A DNA stretch of 64,000 nt, taken from the human T2T-CHM13v2.0 reference genome, Homo sapiens. Shown here piece by piece: positions 15,248 to 29,142 of the stretch (positions are counted from its first letter, which is position 1; each line of letters begins with the position of its first letter). Under the pieces are notes generated by a model, which saw only the letters and a program-made list of their open reading frames with translations, was not told the DNA's origin and ran no database searches. The stretch is taken from the NCBI RefSeq assembly GCF_009914755.1, contig NC_060928.1. One strand, 5' to 3'. The position numbers and the translations under genes were made by a program.

Positions 15248-17582
15248 TGTATTAGTCCATTCTCATGCTGCTATGAAGAAATACCTGTGACTGGATAATT
15301 TATAAAGGGTAGAGGTTTAATTGACTTATAGTTCTGCATAGCCAGGGAGGCCTCAGGTAACTTACAATCATGGTGGAAGTAATCTCCTCATAGGGCAGCA
15401 AGAGAGAGAATGAGTGCCAGCCGGGGAAATGCTAGATGCTTAAAAAACCATCAGATCTCCTGAGAATTCACTCACTATCATGAGAACAGCATGGGGGAAA
15501 CCACCTTCATGATTCAACTACCTCCCTCCAGATCCCATGATACATGGGGATTATGGAAATTACAATGAAAGATGAGATTTGGGTGGGGACTCAGACAAAT
15601 CATATTATTCCAACCCTGGCTCCTTCTAATTCTCATATCCTCACATTTCAAAACACGATCATGCCATCCCAACAGTCCCCCAAAGTGTTAATTCATTCCA
15701 GTTTTAACCCAAAAGTCCAAGTCCAAGGTTGCATCTGAGATAAGACAAGTCCCTTGCATGTATGAGCCTGTGAAATCAAAAGCAACTTAGTTATTTTCTA
15801 GATACAACAGGGGTACAGTCATTGGACAATTACAACCACTCCAAATGGAAGAACTTGGGTGAAACAAAGTGGCCACAGGCCCCATGCAGGTCTGAAATCT
15901 AATAGGGTAGTCATTAAAGGTTAAAGTTCCAAAATGATCTCTTTGAATCCATGTCTCACATCCAGGGCACACAGTTGCAAGAGGTGGACTCCCAGGATCT
16001 TGGACAGCTCCGCCCTCATGGCTTTGCACAGCACAGCCCCCTGACCTGCTGCTTTCACAGCTGTAATTGAGTGCATGTGGCTTTTCCAGGTGCATTGTGC
16101 AAGCTGTCAGTGGATCTACCATTCTGGGGGCTGGAGGATGGTGGCCCTCTTCTCACAGCTCCACTAGGCAGTGCCCCAGTGGACACTCTGTGTTGGGGCT
16201 ATAACTCCACATTTCCCTTCTGCACTGGTCTAGCAGAGGTTCTCCATGAGGGCTCCAACCCTGCAGCAAACTTCTGTATGGACATCCAGGTTTTCCCGTA
16301 CATCCTCTGAAATCTAGGCGGAAGTTCCTAACCTCAATTCTTGTCTTCTGTGCACCTGCGGGCCCAACATCATGTGGAAGCTGCCAAGGCTTGTGGCTTG
16401 TACCCTCTGAAGCAGACCTGAACTGTACCTTGGCTCCTTTTAGCCATGGCTGGAGCAGCTGGGATGCAGGGCACCAAGTCCAAGCTACCCACAGCAGGGA
16501 GGCCAGGACTTGGCCCAGGAAACCATTTTTTCCTTCTAGGCCTCCAGGCCTGTGATGAGAGGGGCTACCATGAAGGTCTCTGACATGCCCTAGAGACATT
16601 TCCCTATTGTCTTGGTGATTAGCATTTGGCTCCTTGTTACTTATGCAAATTTCTGGAGTGGCTTGAATTTCTCCTCAGAAAATTGGTTTTCTTTTCTGTT
16701 GCATTATCAGGCTGTGAATTTTCAAAAGTTTTATGCTCTGCCTCTTCTTGAATGCTTTGCCACTTAGAAATTACTTCTGCCAGATACCCTAAATCATCTA
16801 TCTCAAGTTCAGTGTTCCACAGATCTCTAGGGTAGGGACAAAATGCCACCAGTCTCTTTGCATAACAAGAGTGACCTTTACTCCAGTTTCCAACAAGTTC
16901 CCCATCTCCATCTGAGGCCACCTCAGCCTCTACCTCATTGTTCATATCACTATAAGCATTTTGGTCAAGCCATTCAACAAGTCCCTAGGGAGTTCCAAAC
17001 ACCCCAAATCTTCCCGTCTTCTGTCCCCTCTAAATATCTAGGAGGCTCCAAACTTTCCCATATTTCTTCTTTGTCTTCTTCCTGAGCCTTTTCCCACATC
17101 TTTCCTTGTCTTCTTCTGAGCCCTCCAAACTGTTCCAGGCTCTGCTACCCAGTTCCATAGTCGCTTCCACATTTTCATGTATCCTTATAGCAGTGCCTCA
17201 CTCCTTGGTACCAATTTACTGTATTAGTCCATTCTCATACTGCTATAAAGAAATATCTGAGACTGGGTAATTTTTAAAAATAGAGGTTGAATTGGCTTAC
17301 AGTTCTGCATGGCTGGGGAAGCCTCAGATAACTTACAATCATGGCAGAAAGCACCTCTTCACAGGCCAGCAAGAGAGAGAATGAGTGCCAGCAGGGAAAA
17401 TGCCAGACATTTATAAAATCATCAGATTTCATCATAACTCACTTACTATCATAAGAACAGCATGGGAGAAACCACCTCCATGATTCAATTACCTCCCACC
17501 AGCGCCCTCCCATGACATGTGGGAATTATGAGAACTACAATTCAAGATAAGATTTGGGTAGGAACACACTCAAACTATATTA
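15248..17582 (-). mobile_element. Complete THE1 (THE1C/D-like) MaLR: LTR 15248-15607, internal region, LTR 17220-17582
   Basis: Two ~360-bp LTRs (tgtattagtcc...atatta) flank THE1-int; perfect 5-bp TSD GCTTT at 15243-15247 and 17583-17587. Confidence 0.93.
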
Positions 17583-18194
17583 GCTTTCAATTTTATTGAT
17601 TTCTGCTCCTGTTCCTCTTCTTTGTTAGTTTCCTGTGGCAGAAGCATATTTAATTAATAGTAAATATAACATTCCTTTTTTCTAATATATGGATTTAAAG
17701 CTATTAATTTTCCTTGAAACTTTGATCAGTTGTAGTTTAATTTTCATTTAGTTCAAAGAATTTTTAGATTTTGTTGAGACTCCTTTTTCATTGTGAATTT
17801 TTTTTGCAATGTATTATTTATGTTCCAAATACATGAATTTTCAGCTCTTTTCCTGTTATTGATTTATACCATAATTCCATTGTGTTCTAAGTGTATGTTT
17901 TGCATAACTTTTATTATATTACATTTGATAAGATGTGTTTTTTCTTCCAGAATATAGCCAATATTGGTTAGTGTTATATGTGAGGTTGAGAGGAATTTGT
18001 ATTCTTCTCTTGTTGGATAAAGTATTCTATAAATATAAATTAGATTCAGATGATTAATGGTGCTATTCAGTTCAACTGTATTCTTACTGATTTTCTGCCT
18101 ACTATATCTGACAATTACTGATAAAGGAGTGCTGAAGTCTTCAATTATACTGGTGAATTTACCTATTCATGCAATTTTATTATTTTTAAATTAT

Positions 18195-18500
18195 TTATTT
18201 GTTCATGTATTTATTTTTGAGACAGAGTTTCACTCTATCACCCAGACTGGAGTACTGTGGCATGATATCAGCTCACTTCAACCTCTGCCTCCTGGGATCA
18301 AGCAATTCTCCTGCCTCACCCTCCTGAGTAGCTGCTACTACAGGCACCCACCACAACACTCAGCTAATTTTTGTATTTTTAGTAGAGATGGTGTTTTACT
18401 ATGTTGGTCAGGCTGATCTCAATCTCCTTACCTCAAGTCATCTACCCTCCTTGGCCTCCCAAAATGTTAGAATTAAAGGCATAAGCGTCTACTCCTAGAC
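18195..18500 (-). mobile_element. Alu (S/J, diverged)
   Basis: Antisense Alu dimer. Confidence 0.92.
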
Positions 18501-18771
18501 TTTGTAATGATTTTTGATGCTTTATTGTTAGATGTATATTTGTTAATCATTATGTCCTTTTTGAGAATTAATGCCTTTATCTTTATATAATGTCTCTCTT
18601 TATCCCTAGTAATCTTCCTTGGTCTGAACTTTGTTTCTCTCAAATTAATACAGATATTTCAGCTTTGATTTCATGAGTGTTAGCATGACATATTTTCATT
18701 CATCTCTTTACTTTTACTTTATAGATATGTTTATATTAAAGTGGTTTTCTTATAGAAAACATATAGTTGAC

Positions 18772-19058
18772 AGCCAGGCATGGTGGCTCATGCCTGTAAT
18801 CCCAGCACTTTGGGAGGCTGAGGCAGGCAGATCACTTGAAGTCAGGAGCTTGAGACCAGCCTGACCAGCCTGAAACACCGTCTCTACTAAAAATACAAAA
18901 ATTAGTCGGGCATGATGGTGCATGCCTGTAATCTCAATTACTCAGGAGGCTGAGGCAGAAGAATCATTTGAATGCCGGAGAGGTTGCAGTGAGCTGAGAT
19001 TTTGCATTGCGCTCCAGCCTGAGCATCGCAGTGAGATTCCATCTCAAAAAAAAAAAAT
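18772..19058 (+). mobile_element. AluS
   Basis: Sense Alu dimer with polyA; TSD cat[a/c]tagttgac. Confidence 0.95.
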
Positions 19059-19647
19059 CATCTAGTTGACTTATTTTATTTTTTATCCACAGTCTTTTAA
19101 TTAGGCTATGTAGATAATTAACATTAAAAATAATTGTTGCAGTAATTGAGATCTATTTATTTGTAACTATTTACTATTTAATGGACTTGCCCTTAGTTTA
19201 TTTCTTTTTTTTTTCCCATCTCTTTCTACTTTTTCTGGTATTAATTGAGCATTTTATATAATGCAGTCTTAACTCCCCTTTTAGCATATGAATTTTACTT
19301 CTTAAAATGTTTTGTAATTGCCTTAGAATTTGCAACATACATTATAACTCATCTTAGTCTACTTTCAAATCACACTTACTTTCCTGCTTCACAAGTAGTG
19401 TGCTACCTTAGAGTCTTTGCAATCCCTCCTACCTGTCCCTTATACCATTTCTGCCATCCTTTTTATTTATCCATATTTTATATTGCCTGATACATTGTTA
19501 CTATTAGTGTTAGGAGTTCAGCTGAGCTGGAAAGAATTGAACTAGCCAAGAAAAACAAGACAAAACTGAAAGTACAAGTGGAGCCCTAATCACTTACTGA
19601 GATAGTATTACCAAGAGACTAAACTTGAGAAAGTATCTGCTCCCTGA

Positions 19648-21255
<1,608 letters not shown>

Positions 21256-21509
21256 TCTAAAATTCAATTGATACATTTTATATGATTTCATTTTCTACCC
21301 TTAGAATATCAATTATACTTCATTTTATATTTTTAAGGTTGCCCTAAGGTTTGTAATATACACTTATAACAAATCCAAATCTACTTTCAAATAACACTAT
21401 GCCACTTTATGGGTACTCTAAGTACCTCATAATAACAAAGTAATCCTAATTTATAGCTCCCATCCCTTGTATCATCGCTGTCATTCATTTCTATTATATG
21501 TAAGAATAC

Positions 21510-21656
21510 ATAAGTGTGTGTGCATATATGTAAACACAAGTTTATACATAAAAATACTTATTTATGTGTATATATACTTAAGTATATATTTATACTTATG
21601 GGTATCTATGTGAGTATATATGTATGTATATATATGTGTATATATACATATATAGA
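21510..21656. repeat. (TA/TG)-rich low-complexity tract
   Basis: Alternating purine-pyrimidine sequence. Confidence 0.8.
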
Positions 21657-23474
21657 TGAACTCAGAATAAGAAAAATAAAAGTTTTAATTTGCTTTTTAT
21701 TCCTACTTTGATGCTTGTCCTTTCTTTATGTAAACTGAAATTTCTGTCCTATATTACTTCTCTTTTCTCTAAAGATTTTTTATCATTTTTTCAAGGCAGG
21801 TCCACTGGCAATGAATATTCTAAACTTTTGTTTGCCTGAGAAAGTCTATTTCTCCTTTAAATTTGAAGAATAATTTCACACAATACAGAATTTTATGCTG
21901 GTGTGTTTTTTCTTTCAACACTTTAAATATTTTATTCACTCTTTTCTTGCTTGCATGGTTTCTGTGGAGAAGTTGGCTATAATTCTTCCTCGTTATCCTT
22001 AGGTAAAGTGGTTTTTTTTTTTCCCCTCTGGCTTCTTTCAGAATTTTTTCTTTGTCTTTGATTTTCTATACTTTCAAATTAATATGCCCAAGTATGTATT
22101 TTTGGCATTTGTCCTGCTTGATGTTTTTCTGAGCTTCCTTGATCTGTGGTTTGGTGTCTGCTATTAATCTGGAAAAATTCTGTCATTATTGTTCCAAATG
22201 CTACTTTGTTTCTTTCTGTTTTTCTTCTCCTTATGATATTTTCACTCTGTATGTTACAGTTTTCATAGTTGTCCCATAGTTCTAATTTTGTAGTCTGTGT
22301 TCTTTTTACTTTTTACTTTTGGGTGTTTCTATTGCTATATCTCAAGCTCAGAGATTCTTCAGCTATGCCCAGTCTACTAATAATCCCACCAGAGGCATTC
22401 TTCATTCTGTAAGTGTAAGAACACTTACACTAATTAATTAAGAATCCTTAGCATTTTTATTTTTGGTTCTTAAGATTTCAACTTTTTGCCTCCACTGCCC
22501 ATCTGTCCTTGCATGCTGTCTGCTTTATCCATTACAGCCCTTAGCATATGAATCATTGTTGTTTTAAATTCCCACTCTGATCCTTTCAACATTCCTGCCA
22601 TGTCTGGTTCTGATACCCACTGTCTCTCTCGTCAAATTGTGTTCTTAGCCTTTAGTATTTCTTGCATTTTTTTTTTCTACAAGAAATAGCCAGACATGAT
22701 GTACTAGGCAAAAGGAGCTGTTGTTAATAGTCTTTTAGTAATGTGGTGGTAAAATGTGGGGGAAAGAAAGCATGCTACAGTCCTATAATTAGGTCTCAGT
22801 TTGTAGTTAGCTTATGTGTCTGGACTGTGAACTCCCCTGGATCTTTTCAATTCCATCCTTGCCACCTCCTTTAGGTGAGACAGGAAGGCTAGAGTGGGCT
22901 GCTGTTGAGTATTTCTTCTCTCCCATTTGGATGTCTAGAGGTGGCTACAGTTAGCTCTTTCTCTCCCCTCAGGCCAGTTAGGCTCTGCTAAAACCACAGC
23001 AGGGTAGGCTGTGGTTAAATCATTTCTCCTGAGGGCAAGTCTTGTTAAGAAGAACAGAGTCCTCTGGCTATTTCAAAATTGGTCATCCCTGCCCCCAGCC
23101 CCTCCCAGAAGCACAAGAGGATTGTTCTCTGATATTTCCCATGAGAAACTGGTCAGATTCCTGGAAGTAAAACTCACAAGACAGTGGGAATCCCATATAA
23201 CTAGGCCCTTTAGAATTTTTAAGTCTCAGATTCATCCACACCAAGCCTCCAGCAATTCGTCAGTTATAGCTGATGAATCCAACAGTTGTTGATATTTCAG
23301 TCTGTTCAGCCCTTTACTTGTTAGAATGGAGACTCCAGTCTCCTTTCATGAGGAATAGGAAAGAAGTTGACATAATTTTTGAAATTGTCTCATGCTTTTT
23401 GAATATTCCGTTCTTTATTATGTCTGTTTTTTGTTTTTACATTTTAATTTCGGAAATTTACTTTAACATACTTT

Positions 23475-23929
23475 TGTAACTGTCTGAGGAGTTCTTTCTG
23501 CCTGCTACACAAGTAAAGTCCAAAAATAATTTAATAGACATGAGGCTGGCCATGCCACATAGGAGACAGTTAGTACTCAAATCAATCTCACCCAAGGCCT
23601 TTAGGTAAGGGTTTTCAAAGGCAGTTTGGGAAAAGGAGTGGTGGTTGCTAGGCTTGCTGCTGATTGGTTGGAGGTGCAATTGTGGGGGTTGAAAATGATT
23701 CTTCTGCCCACTGAATCACTTCTGGGTGGGACCACAGGACCAGTCTATGGGCATAGGCTGGTCCAGGTGGAGCTATTGGGTCCAGGTGCAGCCATGGGTG
23801 TCCGGCAAGCAAAAAACCTAAAGAGATATTTTGAAAGGCCAATCTACAATCGTGGTATTCCATATCTTCAGGTTCCTGTTTTACTGCCATAATTTTCTCA
23901 CTGTTATGATTTTCACAAAGGCAGTTTCA
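23475..23929 (-). mobile_element. MER50-group ERV1 solo LTR
   Basis: tgtaactg...tactcaaatcaatctc...gcagtttca; TG/CA ends; host L1 continues on both sides. Confidence 0.7.
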
Positions 23930-24268
23930 CCTTCAAGCTCACTGATTCTTTTCTCAGTCAAATCCTATCTATTCGTGAGTTCATCAAAGACATTTTTCCT
24001 TTTTGTTACAATGTTTTCAACTTTAGCATTTGCTAGTGTTTCTTGGAGTTTCAGTATCTGTGCTTCCAATACCACCTGTTTTTGCATATTTTCTACTTTT
24101 TTGCCTTACAGACCTTAGCATATTAGTTATTTGAAATGCCTTGTCTGATGATTCCAAATCTGTGTCTTCTCTGAGACTGGTTCTGATGCTTGCTTTGTCT
24201 TTTTTCTTGCCTTTCAGCATGACTTTGTAATTTTTTTTTTGAAAGCTGGAGGTAAATATTGGCTAATA

Positions 24269-24577
24269 GGCTGAGTGTGGTGGCTCACTCCTGTAATCCC
24301 AACACTTTGAGAAGCCAAGGTGGGCAGATCACCTGTGGTCAGGAGTTTGAAGCCAGCCTGACCAACATGGTGAAACCCTGTCTCTACTAAAATTACAAAA
24401 TTAGCCGTGCGATGTGGCAGATACCATAACCCCAGCTACTCAGGAGGCTGAGGCAGGAGAATTGCTTGAACCCAGGAGGCAGAGGTTGCAGTGAGCCGAG
24501 ATTGCAGTGAGCCAAGATCATGCTGTTGCGCTCCAGCCTGGCCAACAAGAGCAAAAATCTCCCTCAAAAAAAAAAAA
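24269..24577 (+). mobile_element. AluS (Sq/Sp-like)
   Basis: Sense dimer with a short internal duplication (ttgcagtgagcc twice); degenerate TSD. Confidence 0.93.
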
Positions 24578-25534
24578 GTATTTGGTAATAGAACAGACAT
24601 AAATGAGCATTAAATGTTAAGTTTTTTTAATCTGGATAAGAGTTGAGATATGTTTAATTTTTGCTTTAGCTAAATGTGTACTTGTCCCTGTATGGGACCT
24701 TAATGTGCATTTCTTAGCTTTTTTCCCATCTTAGTGAGACATAGACTATATAGGACTGGATCTGTGAAATTTCTTTTTGCTCTAGGTGAGGTAAGTCTTT
24801 ATTAAAATATTTTCCTCTGGGGAGTAGGATTTTCTTAGGAATAATTCCCTGAGGATATTTTAAAATGGTTACTTTTTTCTCTTTCCTTCAGCAGAGATGT
24901 TAGGAGATTTTTCTTGACACTTTATGGTAAGAATCTGATGTTTCTGGAGGTAAAGTATGGGGTCCCAGAAGGCTGCAGCACCCAGGAGTTTCTCACTCTC
25001 TTGCTAGTCTACAATCAGCCTCCAGCAGTTCATCACAATTACAATTCACCTGTTTCTACTGGTTTATGACACCAGTGCCTTTCTGCTCTAATTAATCTGA
25101 TCTAGGTTGTGATTCCCTGTGTCTGCCTACTTCTACAGATTTGAGATGGTTGTTTTCCTATGAGTTAAATTCTCTGATGTGCCTGTGAATAGTCTTTCAT
25201 TTTAAGCTTTTTTCTTGTTATAGGACTGGGGAATGATGACTTCAAAGCTTTTCAAATGTTAAAGACTGGAAGTCCTGTAATTTTTTTCAATAATGAAAAT
25301 TAAAGTTTTATTTTAAATACAACACTTATTATTCTTGTTTCTGTGATAAATATTTAGAAGCATATTATAATTCTGATTTCAATGGATTTACCACTTCTCC
25401 TATGATTTAAATAAAAACTTCAGAAAATTATTATTTTTTTTGTTATTAGAAGGACTTTTTTGGCCTTCCAGAAAAAAAAATTACATGAAAGAGTAACCTA
25501 ATAAGAATGCATGGCTTAAAAATAAATTTAATTT

Positions 25535-25625
25535 GGCCAGGTGCGGTGGCTCATGCCTGTAATCCCAGCACTTTCGGAGGCCAAGGAGGGCAGATCATGA
25601 GGTCAGGAGATGGAGACCATCCTGG
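25535..25625 (+). mobile_element. AluY 5' part (split by provirus)
   Basis: ggccaggtgcggtggc...gagaccatcctgg, continuing after the provirus as ctggctaacacggtg. Confidence 0.95.
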
Positions 25626-26511
25626 TGAGAGGTGAAGCTGGCTGGGCTTCTGGGTTGGGTGGGGACTTGGAGAAATTTTCTGTCTAGCTAAAGGATTGTA
25701 AATGTACCAATCAGCACTCTGTGTCTAGCTAAGGGTTTGTAAACACAACAATCAGCACTCTGTGTCTAGCTAATCGGGTACAGACTTGGAGAACTTTTCT
25801 GTCTAGCTAAAGGATGGTAAATGCACCAATCAGTGCTCTGTGTCTAGCTAAAGGTTTGTAAATGCACGAATCAGCACTCTGTAAAAATGGACCAATTAGC
25901 ACTCTGTAAAATGCACCAATCAGCAGGATGTGGGTGGGGCCAAATAAGAGAATAAAAGTTGGCCACCCAAGCCAACAGGGGCCACCCCCTCGGGTCCCCT
26001 TCCATGCTGTGGAAGCTTTGTTCTTTCACTCTTTGCAATAAATCTTGCTGCTGCTCACTCTTTGGGTCCGCACTACCTTTATGAGCTGTAACACTCACCG
26101 CAAAGGTCTGCAGGTTCACTTCTGAAGCCAGCAAGACCACAAACCCACTGGGAGGAACAAACAATTCTGGACATCCCACCTTTAAGAATTGTAACACTCA
26201 CTGTGAAGGTCTGTGGGTTCATTCCTGAAGTCAGCGAGACCACAAACCCACTGGGAAGAATGAACAACTCTGGAAACGCCACCTTTAAGAGCTGTAAAAC
26301 TCACTGTGAAGGTCTGTGGCTTCACTCCTGAAGTCAACAAGACCACGAACCCACCAGAAGGAAGAAACTCCAGACACATCTGAACATCTGAAGGAAAAAT
26401 CTCCAGACACACCGTCTTTAAGAACTTTAACACTCACCGTGAGTGTCTGAGGCTTCATTCTTGAAGTCAGCGAGACCAAGAACCCACCGGAAATAATGAA
26501 TTCCAGGCATA
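25626..26511 (+). promoter_or_regulatory. 5' LTR (LTR12 family, LTR12F-like)
   Basis: tgagaggtga start; CCAATCAG repeats, GGGTGGGG box, AATAAA TATA-like element (~25951), polyA signal 26037, four ~100-bp downstream repeats; terminal CA reads TA. Confidence 0.93.
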
Positions 26512-26514
26512 TTT

Positions 26515-26532
26515 TGGTGACGATGAAGGGAC
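26515..26532 (+). promoter_or_regulatory. Primer binding site, tRNA-Arg type
   Basis: TGGTGACGATGAAGGGAC resembles TGGCGACCACGAAGGGA (complement of a tRNA-Arg 3' end) with CpG decay; 3 nt after the LTR. Confidence 0.8.
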
Positions 26533-27683
26533 ATCGACTATTGCTGAGTGGTGAGGACTATCAGACCCCTTTCACTTGCTATTCTGTCCTATTTTTCCTT
26601 AGAATTTGGGGGCTAAATACCAGGCAGCTGTCAGCCAGTTAAAAGCAACTAGCACGGCTGCCGGTCTAAAGACACGGGTGTTAGGCTTTCTGGGAAAGGG
26701 CTCTCTAACAACTGCCGAGTCTTTGGAGTTGGGAGCGTTGGTTTGCCTGGAACCAGCTTCCACTTTACCTGTACTTCTGGGTTGAGCCGAGGGTCGACAG
26801 AGAGGAAAACCATTCAGCTCCAGGGTCCCGATAACAAGTTGGTTGACCCTGCGGCCATAAGCAGAGCTCTCAAAGTCATGTTGCCCAAGCGAGACTCACC
26901 AATCTATTCTATCTATCCTGACCCTTGCCTCCTGGGTCCTGCTGCCTGTCAGACAAACTTCCTCTCACCTCTCTTCTCCGAGGCTAGTCCCACTTCTAAA
27001 AACCACTCCCTGTCTCTGTTGCTTTTCCAGTTTCTCCTGTAAGAATGATTTCTAGTATAAACTTCAGGACTCCATTACCTTCTTTAGGCACCTGGGCTCA
27101 CCAATCAGAAAAACATAATTTTTGCCCAAAGCCCCATCGTAGGGGGCACTGTCTGGAATTTTAAGATCTGTCCTCAGACAAGCAGGACTAAAAAAATCTA
27201 TTCCTGAAGCTAGGATATGGGGAGCCTCAGAAATAATATCCTTCCTATTCAACTGAGGGCAAAAGGCATCACTCTTCCAACTCTGGAGATCCCTCCCCTC
27301 CCTCAAGGTACGGCCCTCCACTTCATTTTGGGGCATAACATCTTTATAGGACATGGGCAAGGTCCCAATACTAACAGGAGAATGTTTAGGACTCTAACAG
27401 GTTTTTAAGAATCTGTCAGTAAGGCCCCTAAATCTGATTTCTCTTGGTCCTCTTTGTGGTCTAGGAGGACAGGCAAGGGTGCAGGTTTTTGAGAATGTGT
27501 TGGTAAGGGCCACTAAATCTCATGTTCCTTGGTCCTCCTTGTGGTCTAGGAAGAAAACTAGTGTTTCTGCTGCTCCATCAGTGAGCACAACTATTCCGAT
27601 CAGCAGGGTCCAGGGACCGTTGTGGGTTCTTGGGCAGGGGGAGAAACATACAAACTGAAACCATGGGCAGTTTTATCTTTCAG

Positions 27684-29142
27684 ATGGGAAACACTCAGGC
27701 ATCAACAGGCTCACCCTTGAAATGCATCCTAAGCCATTTGGACCAATTTGACCCACACACCCTGAAAAAGAGGCAGCTCATTTTTTTCTGCACTATGGCC
27801 TGGCCCCAATATTCTCTCTCTGATGAGGAAAAATGGCCACCTGAGGGAAGTATAAATTACAACACTATTCTGCATCTTGACATTTTCTGTAGGAAGGAAG
27901 GCAAATGGAGTGTAATACCTTATGCCCAAGTTTTCTTTTCATTGAAGGAGAATACACAACTATGCAAAGTTGCAATTTACATGCCACAGGAGGACCTTTC
28001 AGCTTACCCCCATATCCTAGCCTCCCAATAGCTCCCCTTCCTATTAATGATAAGCCTCCTCTAATCTCCCCTGCCCAGAAGGAAATAAGCAAGGAAATCT
28101 CCAAAGGGCCACAAAAACCCCTGGGCTATCAGCTATGTCCCCTTCAAGCTGTAGGGGGAGGGGAATTTGGCCCAACCTGGGTACAGGTCCCTTTCTCCCT
28201 CTCTGATTTAAAGCAGATCAAGGCGGACCTGGGGAAGTTCTCAGATGATCCTGATAAGTACATAGATGTCCTACAGGGTCTAGGGCAAACCTTTGATCTC
28301 ACTTGGAGAAATCTCATGCTATTGTTAGATCAAACCCTGGCCTTTAATGAAAAGAATGCAGCTTTAGCTGTAGCCTAAGAGTTTGGAAATACCTGGTATC
28401 TAAGTCAAGTAAATGATAGAATGACAGCTGAAGAAAGGGACAAATTCCCTACTAGTCAGCAAGCCATCCCCATATGGATCCCCACTGGGACCTCGACTCA
28501 GATCATGTGGACTGGAGTCATAAACCTCTGTTGACCTGTGTCTTAGAAGGACAATGGAGAATTAGGAAAAAGCCCATGAATTATTCAATGATGTCTACCA
28601 TAACTCAGGGAAATGAGGAAAATCATTCTGCCTTCCTCAAGAGGCTACAGGAGGCCTTAAGAAAATATACTTGCCTGTCACCTGACTCACTGGAAGGTCA
28701 GTTGATTCTAAAAGATAAGTTTATTACCCAATCAGCCACATATATCAGGAGAAAGCTCCAAAAGTGAGCCCTTGGCCCTGAACAAAATCTGGAGGCATTA
28801 TTAAACCTGGCAACCTCAGCATTCAATAATAGGGACCCAGAGGAATGGGCCCAAAAGGAAAAGTGAGATCAGAGAAACGCTGCAGCCTTAGTCATTGCCC
28901 TCAGACAAACAAACCTTGGTGGTTCAAAAAGGACAGAAAATGGAGCAGGCCAATCCCCTGGTAGGGCTTCCAATCAGTGTGGTTTACAAGTAGACTTTAA
29001 AAAAGATTGTCCAATGAGAAACAAGCCACCCCCTTGTCCATGTCCACTATGCCGAGGTAATCACTGGAAGGTGCACTGCCCCAGAGTGCAATGGTTGTCT
29101 GGGACAGAAGCCCCCAACCAGATGATCCAACAACAGGACCAA
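27684..29142 (+). pseudogene. gag: HERV9 gag (disrupted)
   Basis: MGNTQAS myristoylation start, WPPEGSIN, PFSLSDLKQIK, DKFITQS, zinc knuckle CPLCRGNHWKVHC; frameshift ~27970, stops at 28376 and 28765 among others. Confidence 0.93.

Noticed and set aside
15787-17085. Several ORFs in the THE1 internal region
   Set aside because: Fragments of the decayed MaLR internal ORF and antisense frames.
25871-26479. Repetitive minus-strand ORFs over the LTRs (also 34891-35827)
   Set aside because: Artefacts of translating LTR12 repeats.
26085-26511. Regular ~100-bp repeats (also 35298-35826) and CCAAT repeats resembling an array or CRISPR
   Set aside because: Known LTR12 tandem units with no unique spacers; eukaryotic context.
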